Shown one piece after another: positions 27,389 to 36,913 of a stretch of DNA of 42,615 nucleotides (position 1 is its first letter; each line of letters opens with the position of its first letter). A program made the translations under genes and the position numbers. Under the pieces are notes generated by a model. The model did no database searches, was not told where the DNA came from, and worked only from the letters and a program-made list of their open reading frames with translations. The stretch comes from an uncultured bacterium (GTDB taxonomy: Bacteria > Bacillota > Clostridia > TANB77 > CAG-508). The DNA lies in the NCBI GenBank assembly GCA_905215615.1, contig CAJMQM010000001.1:1-42615 (forward strand). Reading direction: 5' to 3'.

Positions 27389-29314
27389 ATGGAAGAAAAT
27401 AAGCATATAAATGAAGAACATAATCACAATAGCCAAGAAGAGCATGCACACGAACATGGCGGAGAAAATAATAGAAAAGAATTAGTGTTATATATATTAG
27501 CAATAATTGTGTTTGCAGTTTCCTTTTTGCCAGTCCTACCAGAAATAGCAAAAATTATTATGCAAATAATAGCTATTCTACTAGCTGGGTATGAACTTCT
27601 AATTTCAGGAATAAAAAATCTATTCCACCTTAATTTTGAGGAAGATACTTTAATGTCTATTGCAATTATTGCAGCATGTGCAATAGGCGAATTTGCAGAA
27701 GGATGTTTAGTTGTATTATTATTTAAATTAGGCGAATTTATAGAAAATAAAGCAATTAGCAAATCAAATGAAAATATAAATGACATAGTAAAAATAAAAG
27801 CTAAAAATGCAAATTTAATTATAGGAAAAGATGAAAATGCTACAGAGATAAAGTTAATAGATGTAGAAAAATTAAAAATTGGAGACAAAATATTAATAAA
27901 ACCTGGAGAAATGGTGCCAGTAGACTGTAAAATTATAAAAGGAAATTCTGAATTAGATACATCAAATATTACAGGAGAAAGTAGACCAGTTACTGTAGGG
28001 AAGTTAGAAACAATACTTTCTGGTACTTTAAATTTAACAGGCAGTTTAACTTGTGAAGTAACAAAAAGCTTTAAAGACTCTACAGCATCACAAATTGTAG
28101 ACCTAGTATATGAAGCTACAAATAATAAAGGAAAAACAGAGAAATTTATTACAAAATTCTCAAAAATATATACACCAACAGTTATAATAATAGCTTTATT
28201 GTTAGCTATAATTCCACCAATTTTTGGTTTAGATTTTGAAACTTGGCTAACAAGGGCATTAGTGTTTTTAGTTGCATCATGTCCATGTAGTATAGTTATA
28301 TCTATTCCTCTTGCATTTTTTGCATGTATTGGTGCAATTTCAAAAAGAGGTATGATTATAAAAGGTACAACACATATAGAAGATTTATCAAAAGCAAAAA
28401 TTATAGCATTTGATAAAACAGGAACTATTACAACAGGAAAAATGAGAATAGCAAGTGTGGTAAAGCTTTCAAATTATACAGAAAAAGAAATGCTATCATA
28501 CATGTATGCCTTAGAAACCAACTCTAATCACCCAATTGCAACAGCTATTTATAACAAAATAGAAACTGATAAAATAGAGCTTGAATCTGTAGAAGTGAAA
28601 GATTATAAAGAAATTGCAGGACACGGAATTTTTGCTAAAATAAATAACAAGGATGTATTGTTTGGAAACAAAAAGTTATTAAAAGATTATATTTTAAATA
28701 AAGAAAATGTAGAAAATAGGCTAAACAATTTACCAGATGGTGGAATATTTTTAGCAATAGATGGAGATATAGCAGGTTATATTACATTACAAGAAGAATT
28801 AAGAGAAGGAATAGGAGATTTAGTTCAAAAATTAAATAAAATAGGTATAAATAAAACAGTTATTTTAACAGGAGATAATGAGGAAAATGCAAACAAAATA
28901 AATAAGGCTATTAATGTTTCAAATATATATTCTGGTTTGTTACCTCAAGATAAATTATACAAAGTAGAAGAACTAAAAAAAGAAGGCAAAGTAATATTTG
29001 TTGGAGATGGAATAAACGACAGCCCAGTTTTAGCAGCCTCAGACTTTAGTATTGCAATGGGAGAAGGAACAGAAATTGCAGGAAATGCAGCAGATAGTAT
29101 ACTAATTTCTAATAATATAAACTCAATTGTAGATATAATAAAACTTGCTAGAAAAAGTATGAGAGTAGCAAAATTTAACATAACATTTTCATTACTTGTA
29201 AAACTAGTAGTATTAATTTTAGGTATATTAGGAATTGCACCAATTTGGTTAGCAGTATTTGCAGATGTAGGTGTTACACTAATTACAGTAATAAATAGTA
29301 TTAGAATAAACTAG
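27389..29314 (+). CDS. P1B-type heavy-metal-translocating ATPase (Cd/Zn/Co class) with a His-rich N-terminus instead of an HMA domain
   Basis: CPC in SCPCSIVISIP, phosphorylation site DKTGTIT, SNHPIA, GDGINDSP. N-terminal HINEEHNHNSQEEHAHEH. Starts 3 nt after the repressor gene. Confidence 0.9.
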   Translation: MEENKHINEEHNHNSQEEHAHEHGGENNRKELVLYILAIIVFAVSFLPVLPEIAKIIMQIIAILLAGYELLISGIKNLFHLNFEEDTLMSIAIIAACAIGEFAEGCLVVLLFKLGEFIENKAISKSNENINDIVKIKAKNANLIIGKDENATEIKLIDVEKLKIGDKILIKPGEMVPVDCKIIKGNSELDTSNITGESRPVTVGKLETILSGTLNLTGSLTCEVTKSFKDSTASQIVDLVYEATNNKGKTEKFITKFSKIYTPTVIIIALLLAIIPPIFGLDFETWLTRALVFLVASCPCSIVISIPLAFFACIGAISKRGMIIKGTTHIEDLSKAKIIAFDKTGTITTGKMRIASVVKLSNYTEKEMLSYMYALETNSNHPIATAIYNKIETDKIELESVEVKDYKEIAGHGIFAKINNKDVLFGNKKLLKDYILNKENVENRLNNLPDGGIFLAIDGDIAGYITLQEELREGIGDLVQKLNKIGINKTVILTGDNEENANKINKAINVSNIYSGLLPQDKLYKVEELKKEGKVIFVGDGINDSPVLAASDFSIAMGEGTEIAGNAADSILISNNINSIVDIIKLARKSMRVAKFNITFSLLVKLVVLILGILGIAPIWLAVFADVGVTLITVINSIRIN

Positions 29315-29316
29315 TA

Positions 29317-29346
29317 AAAGCACTTGTATTATCAAGTGCTTTTTTG
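29317..29346 (+). terminator. Intrinsic terminator after the metal ATPase gene
   Basis: AAAGCACTTG (29317-29326) pairs with CAAGTGCTTT (29333-29342), followed by a T run. Confidence 0.75.
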
Positions 29347-29385
29347 ATATAATATAGCAAATAAAAAAATACAGAAAGGCAATTT

Positions 29386-31140
29386 ATGGAAGAGAATAAA
29401 AAGGAAACAATAACAAATAATGAAAACGAAAAAAACATAAAGCTTAATAAAATTAAATTTAATATTTTGGCAATTCTTGCAATTATAATATTCAGTATTG
29501 CATTAACACCTGTTACATTTCAAAACGATACCTATTATACAATAGCAATAGGAAAAGATATTGTAGAAACAGGAACAATAGATATGAAAGATCACTTTTC
29601 GTGGCATGAGGATTTACCATATACATACCCACATTGGCTATATGATGTTGGTACTTATTTGGTATATCAACTAGGCGAAAATGTTGGCATAGGAGGCTTT
29701 ACAGCTGTATATATACTAACAGTTTTATTATCAATAACATTAGGATTAATTATATATATGGCATGTGTAAAAATCAGTAAGCATAATATGGCTTCTTTCT
29801 TAATCACAATGGGAATAATGTATTTATTAAAGAATTTTATTGCTGCAAGAGCCCAGCTTGTTACATTTATTCTTTTTGCATTAACTGTATTATTTATAGA
29901 AGAGTTTTTAGAAACGAAGAAAAAACGATATGCAATAGGGTTAATAATTATTCCTATATTAATAGCTAATTTGCATGTGGCAGTATGGCCATTTTACTTT
30001 GTACTATATTTGCCATATATAGCACAATATATAATAGTAATAATTTCTAGGGCAAACTTATGGTATAAAATTAACAAAAAGTTAAAAGAAAAGAAACTAA
30101 ATAAATTAGAAAAAGCGAAAGTAAATAAAAAAGAAATAAAAAATTTAGATGCTAAAATAGAAACAACAAAGCAAAAATTAATAGAAATAGAAGAAACATA
30201 TGAAAAGTCAGAAAAAAATGCAGAGAGAAGAAGAAATAATCCGTATAAAATAATAATAGAAAAACAAGATGCAGTTAAATGGCTTATATTAATTATGGTA
30301 ATTTGTGCTTTTACAGGGCTATTAACACCAATAGGAGATACACCATACACATATTTAATAAAAACTATGGAAGGCAATACCATGGACAATATAAGCGAGC
30401 ATCAACCACTTACTTTAATTAATAATATTGGCATGATAATTTCCATAATTGTAGTTCTTGCATTGGTAACATTTACAGATACAAAAATTAGACTAAGTGA
30501 CTTCTTTATGTTAGGAGGACTTTTATACTTATCATTTATGTCTAGAAGACAGGTATCTATGTTTGATATCATAGGAGGAATTATATTTGCTAGAATTGTT
30601 GCAAGTTTCTTCGACAAATATGATGCAGGTGGAGAAGAAAAAATACTAGCATCTGCAAATACCATATATGGAAAATTAATTACAATACTAATAGTAGCAT
30701 TAATTAGTTTTAATATATTAAAGCCAAAACTAGATGACAAATTTATTGATGAAAGCACATACCCTGTACAAGCCTCAGACTATATTTTAGAAAATATAGA
30801 TTTATCAGAAATGAAAATTTATAATGAATATAATTATGGTAGTTATTTGTTATTTAGAGGAATACCAGTATTTATAGACTCAAGGGCAGACTTATATTCT
30901 CCACAATTTAATGGGGTAAAAAAAGAAGACGGAGAGTATGAAGGAAGAGATATTTTCTCAGATTATATAAACACATCCAATATTGGTGTATACTATGAAG
31001 ATAAATTTGAAAAATATGATATAACACATGTGCTAATTAGAAAGAACTCTAAATTAAATATGTTTGTATCAATAAATGATAAATATGTTGAACTATATAG
31101 TGACGACAATTTTGTATTTTACGAAAGATTAGAAGATTAA
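29386..31140 (+). CDS. 584-aa polytopic membrane protein, possibly a GT-C-fold glycosyltransferase, with an internal Lys/Glu-rich coiled-coil insert
   Basis: At least 10 hydrophobic helices. An acidic loop after the first helix (GTIDMKDHFSWHED) resembles the first-loop Asp motif of GT-C enzymes. Soluble C-terminal domain. The function call is weak, but the CDS itself is well supported by length and codon usage. Confidence 0.5.
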   Translation: MEENKKETITNNENEKNIKLNKIKFNILAILAIIIFSIALTPVTFQNDTYYTIAIGKDIVETGTIDMKDHFSWHEDLPYTYPHWLYDVGTYLVYQLGENVGIGGFTAVYILTVLLSITLGLIIYMACVKISKHNMASFLITMGIMYLLKNFIAARAQLVTFILFALTVLFIEEFLETKKKRYAIGLIIIPILIANLHVAVWPFYFVLYLPYIAQYIIVIISRANLWYKINKKLKEKKLNKLEKAKVNKKEIKNLDAKIETTKQKLIEIEETYEKSEKNAERRRNNPYKIIIEKQDAVKWLILIMVICAFTGLLTPIGDTPYTYLIKTMEGNTMDNISEHQPLTLINNIGMIISIIVVLALVTFTDTKIRLSDFFMLGGLLYLSFMSRRQVSMFDIIGGIIFARIVASFFDKYDAGGEEKILASANTIYGKLITILIVALISFNILKPKLDDKFIDESTYPVQASDYILENIDLSEMKIYNEYNYGSYLLFRGIPVFIDSRADLYSPQFNGVKKEDGEYEGRDIFSDYINTSNIGVYYEDKFEKYDITHVLIRKNSKLNMFVSINDKYVELYSDDNFVFYERLED

Positions 31141-31232
31141 TAATTGTAACAAAAGTAATTGCACGAAATTAATATGCTAAAAATTAGTGTAAGAAATAAC
31201 CGAAAAGCTGAAAAAACATGAAATGAGGGAAT

Positions 31233-31778
31233 ATGAGTAAAAAGAATTTTACGAAATCCAAATTAACAATTATTTTTATAATTATAACAGTTTTAATAGA
31301 CCAAATTATAAAAGCAGTTGCAATAGCTGTAACAAGTAATGGTACAGTAGAAGTAATAAAAGGTGTATTAAACTTTACCTATCTAAAAAATACAGGAGCA
31401 CTACTTGGAGATGGTTCAGATGATAGTATGTTTTTACTAATTAATATTATTGTTATTCTCCTATTAATAAGATTTTTAGTAAATAACAAAGACAGAATAG
31501 AAATTAAAGCTAGTGTTGCTTTATCACTTATATTATCAGGGGGAATTAGCAACTTAATTGATAGAATTTTTAGAGGTGGAGTTGTAAATTTTATAGATAT
31601 ATCTCCATTAGTAAATTTTCCAAAATTTAATTTTGCGGATATATGTATTGTAGGTGGATGGATTTTATTTGCATTTTCTGCAGCCATACTTACAAGTGAG
31701 CAATTAAAAGAGAGAAGGGATAGACTTGCCAGAAGCAAAGAAATACAAGAAGATACAAGAAATAGAAAACAAAAATAA
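31233..31778 (+). CDS. lspA: Lipoprotein signal peptidase II
   Basis: LKNTGALLG (NxGAAF-like) and FNFADICIVGG (catalytic Asp) motifs, four TM helices, and a charged C-terminal extension. Confidence 0.85.
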   Translation: MSKKNFTKSKLTIIFIIITVLIDQIIKAVAIAVTSNGTVEVIKGVLNFTYLKNTGALLGDGSDDSMFLLINIIVILLLIRFLVNNKDRIEIKASVALSLILSGGISNLIDRIFRGGVVNFIDISPLVNFPKFNFADICIVGGWILFAFSAAILTSEQLKERRDRLARSKEIQEDTRNRKQK

Positions 31779-32685
31779 TTCAGTTAAGGAAATAGAAGTA
31801 ATAGAAGAAGGAATAAGACTTGATGCATATATAGCAAGTAGTGTAGAAAATTTGTCTAGGAGTATGGTGCAAAAGTTAATTAAATGTGGAAAAGTACTAG
31901 TAAATAATAAAGTAGAAAAGGAATCTTACAAGGTTCAATTAGGAGATAAAATACTAGTAGAAATTCCAGAGCCAGAAGAAAGTAGCTTAAAAAAACAAAA
32001 TATTCCATTAGATATTATTTACGAAGATAATGATATTTTAGTTGTAAATAAGCCTAAAGGTATGGTGGTTCATCCTGGAAATGGAAACCCAGACGGAACA
32101 TTAGCAAATGCCATATTAGCGCATTGTGAAGAAAGCCTTTCTGGAATAGGTGGAGAAATAAGACCAGGTATTGTACATAGAATAGATAAAGATACATCAG
32201 GTTTACTTGTTATTGCGAAAAACGATAAAGCACATATAAATTTATCTGAGCAAATAAAAAATAGAGAAGTAAAGAAAATATATGTAGCACTTGTAAAAGG
32301 AGTTATTCCAGAAAACGAAGCAACAATAAATATGCCAATAGGAAGAAGCACAAAAGATAGAAAGAAAATGGCTGTTGATAGAGAGGGAAAAGAAGCGGTA
32401 ACACATTTTAAAGTATTAAAAAGATATAACAAATACACTTTTATACAAGTAAAAATAGATACTGGTAGAACACACCAAATAAGGGTACATATGTCACATA
32501 TAGGTTACCCGGTAGTAGGAGATACGGTATATTCAAATGGGAAAAACGACTTTGGAGTAGAAGGACAAATGTTACACGCAAAAGAATTAGAATTTAAACA
32601 TCCTATTACAGGAGAAAATATGCATTTTGAGGCACCTTTGCCAGAGTATTTTGAGGAAGTATTAGAAAAACTAGAACAAGCTTAA
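31726..32685 (+). CDS. rluD: 23S rRNA pseudouridine synthase, RluA/RluD family
   Basis: S4 domain (RLDAYIAS...LIKCGKVLVN), catalytic HRIDKDTSGLLV, TGRTHQIRVH. The only plausible start is TTG 31726, because the next Met lies inside the S4 domain. Confidence 0.85.
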   Translation: MPEAKKYKKIQEIENKNNSVKEIEVIEEGIRLDAYIASSVENLSRSMVQKLIKCGKVLVNNKVEKESYKVQLGDKILVEIPEPEESSLKKQNIPLDIIYEDNDILVVNKPKGMVVHPGNGNPDGTLANAILAHCEESLSGIGGEIRPGIVHRIDKDTSGLLVIAKNDKAHINLSEQIKNREVKKIYVALVKGVIPENEATINMPIGRSTKDRKKMAVDREGKEAVTHFKVLKRYNKYTFIQVKIDTGRTHQIRVHMSHIGYPVVGDTVYSNGKNDFGVEGQMLHAKELEFKHPITGENMHFEAPLPEYFEEVLEKLEQA

Positions 32686-32737
32686 AATAGATAAAAGTGT
32701 ATTATAAAGTAATTTTAAAATAATTAATAATTAAATA

Positions 32738-33475
32738 ATGGAGGAAAATTTGGAAGAAGAAAGATTACAAAAGTTTATAGCAAACCAAGGTATTTGCTCT
32801 AGGAGAAAAGCAGAAGAATATATTGCAGAAGGCAGAGTTAAAGTAAATGGAAAAGTTATAACAGAATTAGGAACTAAAATAAATCCAGAAAAAGATGTAA
32901 TAGAAGTAGATGGTAAGAAAATATCTAATATTACAGGTAAGAAAGTGTATATTTTACTAAATAAGCCAATAGGATATGTAACTACTACTAAAGACCAATT
33001 TAATAGAAATACGGTGCTGGATTTAGTAAAAGTAAAAGAAAAAGTTTTGCCTGTAGGAAGATTAGATATGTATACATCTGGTGCAATAATATTAAGTAAT
33101 GATGGAGACTTTATATATAAAGTAACACATCCAAAATATGAGGTGGAAAAAACATATAATGTTACTTTGAGGGGGCAAATTACAGAACAAGAAGTAGAAA
33201 TGCTAAAAGATGGCGTAGAAATAGAGGATTATGTTACAGGAAAAGCCAAAGTAAAAATACTTAGAATAGATAAAGAAAAAGACCTTTCACGAGTAGAAAT
33301 TGTTATACACGAGGGAAAAAATAGAGAAGTAAGAAAAATGTGTGAAGCGGTTGGAAGAAAAGTTTTAGCATTACATAGAACTAAAATAGGCAATATCTCT
33401 GTAAAAGACTTAAGATTAGGTACATGGAGGTATTTAAAACCACACGAAATAAAATCATTACTATTGGACATATAA
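32738..33475 (+). CDS. rluB: rRNA pseudouridine synthase, RsuA/RluB family
   Basis: S4 domain RLQKFIANQGICSRRKAEEYI, catalytic GRLDMYTSG, HEGKNREVRKM motif. Confidence 0.85.
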   Translation: MEENLEEERLQKFIANQGICSRRKAEEYIAEGRVKVNGKVITELGTKINPEKDVIEVDGKKISNITGKKVYILLNKPIGYVTTTKDQFNRNTVLDLVKVKEKVLPVGRLDMYTSGAIILSNDGDFIYKVTHPKYEVEKTYNVTLRGQITEQEVEMLKDGVEIEDYVTGKAKVKILRIDKEKDLSRVEIVIHEGKNREVRKMCEAVGRKVLALHRTKIGNISVKDLRLGTWRYLKPHEIKSLLLDI

Positions 33476-33523
33476 TAAATAATGTGTTAAAATATAAAAA
33501 AATAAAACGTTAAGGAGGGCAAA

Positions 33524-34465
33524 ATGGTAGAAGATAATGAAATAAAAGCAACAATATCACCATTTGCAATAAGACCTGGAGAAATAAAAGTATTTGATGG
33601 AAAAGACGGTTATGTCTCAATGAATCAAATTATACACAAAATAAATGTAGGACATATAAATGACTTACATTTTAAAATAATGGAATTAGTAAATAAATTT
33701 GAGTTTATGACATCAAGACAGATATTTCAAATGTTGGAGTGGGAACATGCAGAAATTGAGTCACAAGATAAATTAAATAATAAGCTAGACCAATTAACAA
33801 AAGCTAAAATTTTAACTAGATATTATTTTGATTGTAAAGATGGAAAAGGTGTATACCGTATATATTCATTAGAAAAAATGGGGAAATATTTACTTAATTC
33901 TAGAGGAATAGATTGTAAATGGCAACCAACAGATAATACAAAACCTGTTGCAATGGTAAAGAAGAGATTAGCTGGAAATCAAATAATTATTGCATATTTA
34001 AGAAAAGTATCTGCTTTTGACTCTTATACTCCAAAACCATCGTTTACAGCAAAACAAAATGGTAAAACATTTAAAGCAACTGGAGGAAGTGTAAAATTAA
34101 CTAAAAACAATAAATCAATAGAATTTGTGTTTGAAGTTATTAGAAGGGAAGAAGACTGGGAGAAAAAACTTGTAGATAAAATGAAACTTTATAAAGATTT
34201 TTACGAAAATTTCCAAGTTGGAGATTCTGGTTATATGAGTTTGCCACAGTTAATTATAGTTTGCGAAGATGAGAGACATATGGCAGAAACTTTTAAAACT
34301 ATTGTAATAAATAAAGTAGAAATAGCAAATATAAAATTGTATTTTACAACAGATTTAAGGCAAAATGAGCAGACTTTAGCAAAAACATTAGTAGAATTTA
34401 AAGCAGATGAAATAACAGGTAAATATAGGATGCAAGATGTAGAAGTTAAATTATTGGGAATATAA
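33524..34465 (+). CDS. Replication-relaxation-family-like protein (wHTH plus a C-terminal E.DR..E...K..Y core)
   Basis: LHFKIMELVNKFEFMTSRQIFQML resembles the N-terminal wHTH of Pfam Replic_Relax proteins. FVFEVIRREEDWEKKLVDKMKLYKDFY...LIIVCEDERH matches the family's LEvDrgTE....l..Kl..Y...vL.v pattern. It has its own promoter (TTGGAC, 18 nt, TGTGTTAAAAT at 33464-33493) and an AAGGAGGG SD. Assignment is from memory, with no HMM run. Confidence 0.55.
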   Translation: MVEDNEIKATISPFAIRPGEIKVFDGKDGYVSMNQIIHKINVGHINDLHFKIMELVNKFEFMTSRQIFQMLEWEHAEIESQDKLNNKLDQLTKAKILTRYYFDCKDGKGVYRIYSLEKMGKYLLNSRGIDCKWQPTDNTKPVAMVKKRLAGNQIIIAYLRKVSAFDSYTPKPSFTAKQNGKTFKATGGSVKLTKNNKSIEFVFEVIRREEDWEKKLVDKMKLYKDFYENFQVGDSGYMSLPQLIIVCEDERHMAETFKTIVINKVEIANIKLYFTTDLRQNEQTLAKTLVEFKADEITGKYRMQDVEVKLLGI

Positions 34466-34491
34466 ATAATATTAATAAAGTTTAATACACT

Positions 34492-34534
34492 AAAAAAGAG
34501 AGAAAATCTAAAATATAGAATTTTCTCTCTTTTT
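34492..34534. terminator. Bidirectional intrinsic terminator between the convergent 313-aa and 785-aa genes
   Basis: AGAGAGAAAAT (34497-34507) pairs with ATTTTCTCTCT (34520-34530), flanked by an A run and a T run. Confidence 0.75.
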
Positions 34535-34555
34535 GTGAAGAAACTAAAATATTAT

Positions 34556-36913
34556 TTATTCTCCGTCTTTTTTGTTTTTCTTTTTGAAATTTACTACAAT
34601 AGCTTCATCATTATCAAATAAGAAACTTGAGTTCTTTGTACTAGTTTGAATTGGATTATATTCATCATCTGTTGAATATACATCATTTAACTTAGTTACA
34701 TCTTCAAATTTGCCTCTGACTTTATCATATGTTTGTTTAGCCTTTTCTGCATCTGATATGCCTGTTGTATATTTTATAAAGTCATATTTCTTTATGTTTT
34801 TTGGAGCTTTATATTTTGAATCTATAAAATCCAAGTTACCCTTACCAACACTGCTCTTTCCATTTGTTGCTTTAACTTTATATATAATTTGTTTACCTTT
34901 TAGAGATTTTATTTTACCAGCCGAATAGTTTGGAACCCATGCATATTTTATACCACCCATTTTTGGGTCATACTCATTTTTGCTGCCATCCATTGTGCTA
35001 CTCCATGTCCACTCTCTCTTGTCTTGCATTTCTTTTTGCCACCACTCAATATCTTCTGGTAAGGCATTACCAAATATAACTTTGTTAACACAGTTTGATA
35101 ATACAGTTTCTTTCATTTTCTTAGCTCCTGAGTCTCCCATAGAACCTTCTAATTGTGATAGGTTTTGAGAGTCTAAAACAGTTGCAACTTTATATTTTCT
35201 ATATATTGTGAAGACAGGTTCAATAGCTTTACAAATGAAGTCTGGGAAATCATCTATATATAAGAAATGTGGAATTCTTGTATTATCATTTCCAGGTCTA
35301 GCTAAAACAGATTGTTGCATTAATAATATAAAGAATAGTCCAAATGCTTTATGTGCAGTAGCACCTAAGTCTCCTCTTCTTGTACAAACAATAGTTATTT
35401 GACCTTCTGATAAAGCTTTATCAAAGTCTAAGTTATTATTCCTGTTACATAAAACATTTTTTACACCAGGGTATCTTAGCAAGTTGTCCAATTCTGTAGA
35501 AGCACTAAATACTGACTGTTTTGTACTTGTAATATCAATTCCATCCTCATAAAAATTGCTTTCAAAATATTTTATAAGTATTCTATATTTTTCAGCAAGT
35601 TCTGGAATTTGCTTCATATCTTCAGTCATTTGTTGTACTAAAGAAAAGTCGTTTAAACAATTAAGCATGTCTTCTAATGTTGGTAATGCACCATTATTTT
35701 GTCTAGGGTACATTTCTTTTAGTAATATAGATAAGTTTTCTATAATTTGTATAGCTGCATTTTCTCTAAATGCCATTTGTAAATCTGGTCTATGGGATGC
35801 AAATAATCCTTTTAATACACTTGAAATTGCTATACCTGTTTTAATAGGGTCTTTGTATATAAATGGATTAATACCAATTGAGTCATTGCTTCCAGGGTCT
35901 ACTATATTAACAGGCAAATTATAATTTTGTATAATTTTTATAATTTTACTTGTAGATTCTGGCTCTGCAGAAACATATGTAAGACCTAAATCTCTATATA
36001 CAATGTTTTCTCCATTAGAAGCAAGAATCATTTTACTCATATATTTTTTGAATACATCTATTTTATCTGGGTTTGGTATAAGCATTGAAAGGTTAAAGTT
36101 TTTATTAATGTATTCATTATCATATGGGCAGTCTAATGTAGCAATTCTTGTTTTTAATGCTGTAAAACCTAATTCTTTAGATACTTCTTTAAAGAAAAAC
36201 TTTTTATTTATATCTATTGCTATCATTGGCTCATATATCATTGAAGTTTTACCAGAACCAGATACACCTACTGCAAGCAAAGATTCAAATCTTTTAGATT
36301 CAGGAATTTTTACGTTATCTCCAGTTTCTGAATCTGTACAAATCTTAATGTCACATGAATATACGCCATGGTCTTTGCTAGTTGTAGCTAAACTAATACC
36401 AGTGTAGTCACATATAGAGTCTACTGTATCTTTGCTATCGTCTACTGTAAATGTTAACCACTTAAATAGCTTGTAAAATGTAGTAAGTGGGAAGTAAATT
36501 CCAAGTGCTGTTAATGCAGGGAAGAATAAATTATGAAACTCACTTACTAATCCAGGAAAGTTAGGTAATGATAATAGTCCAAGCCATAATGCTTGATTTA
36601 ACCATTGTACACAAGCTGAAATAGCAACTATGTAAAGTGATATGCAAAATACGTGGAATATTCTAATTTTGTCTCTATCGTTTTTGGCGAATTTAGAACC
36701 AAATGCAATAAAGAAAGCAAATGTAATACAAGCAAATGATAAAGTATATGCTATTGGTCCCCAATAAGAGTACGATACTCCAGTAAATATTATAAATAAC
36801 ATTTCTACAATTCTATCTACAACTATATATGCAGATATTAGTGCTAATATATAAGCCACAAATGTATTTCTATCTGTCTTTAAAAATTTTAAAAATTTGT
36901 CTATGACTTTCAA
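34556..36913 (-). CDS. Membrane-anchored P-loop ATPase resembling type IV coupling proteins (VirD4/TraG/TraD class)
   Basis: Four to five N-terminal TM helices (residues about 17-150). Walker A GVSGSGKT (complement of 36245-36268). Walker-B-like HFLYIDDFPDF. RKYKVATVLDSQNLSQLE resembles the T4CP R..g....l..Qs..QL motif. TTG start (complement of 36911-36913) 6 nt after GGTGA. Confidence 0.6.
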   Translation of the reverse strand: MKVIDKFLKFLKTDRNTFVAYILALISAYIVVDRIVEMLFIIFTGVSYSYWGPIAYTLSFACITFAFFIAFGSKFAKNDRDKIRIFHVFCISLYIVAISACVQWLNQALWLGLLSLPNFPGLVSEFHNLFFPALTALGIYFPLTTFYKLFKWLTFTVDDSKDTVDSICDYTGISLATTSKDHGVYSCDIKICTDSETGDNVKIPESKRFESLLAVGVSGSGKTSMIYEPMIAIDINKKFFFKEVSKELGFTALKTRIATLDCPYDNEYINKNFNLSMLIPNPDKIDVFKKYMSKMILASNGENIVYRDLGLTYVSAEPESTSKIIKIIQNYNLPVNIVDPGSNDSIGINPFIYKDPIKTGIAISSVLKGLFASHRPDLQMAFRENAAIQIIENLSILLKEMYPRQNNGALPTLEDMLNCLNDFSLVQQMTEDMKQIPELAEKYRILIKYFESNFYEDGIDITSTKQSVFSASTELDNLLRYPGVKNVLCNRNNNLDFDKALSEGQITIVCTRRGDLGATAHKAFGLFFILLMQQSVLARPGNDNTRIPHFLYIDDFPDFICKAIEPVFTIYRKYKVATVLDSQNLSQLEGSMGDSGAKKMKETVLSNCVNKVIFGNALPEDIEWWQKEMQDKREWTWSSTMDGSKNEYDPKMGGIKYAWVPNYSAGKIKSLKGKQIIYKVKATNGKSSVGKGNLDFIDSKYKAPKNIKKYDFIKYTTGISDAEKAKQTYDKVRGKFEDVTKLNDVYSTDDEYNPIQTSTKNSSFLFDNDEAIVVNFKKKNKKDGE

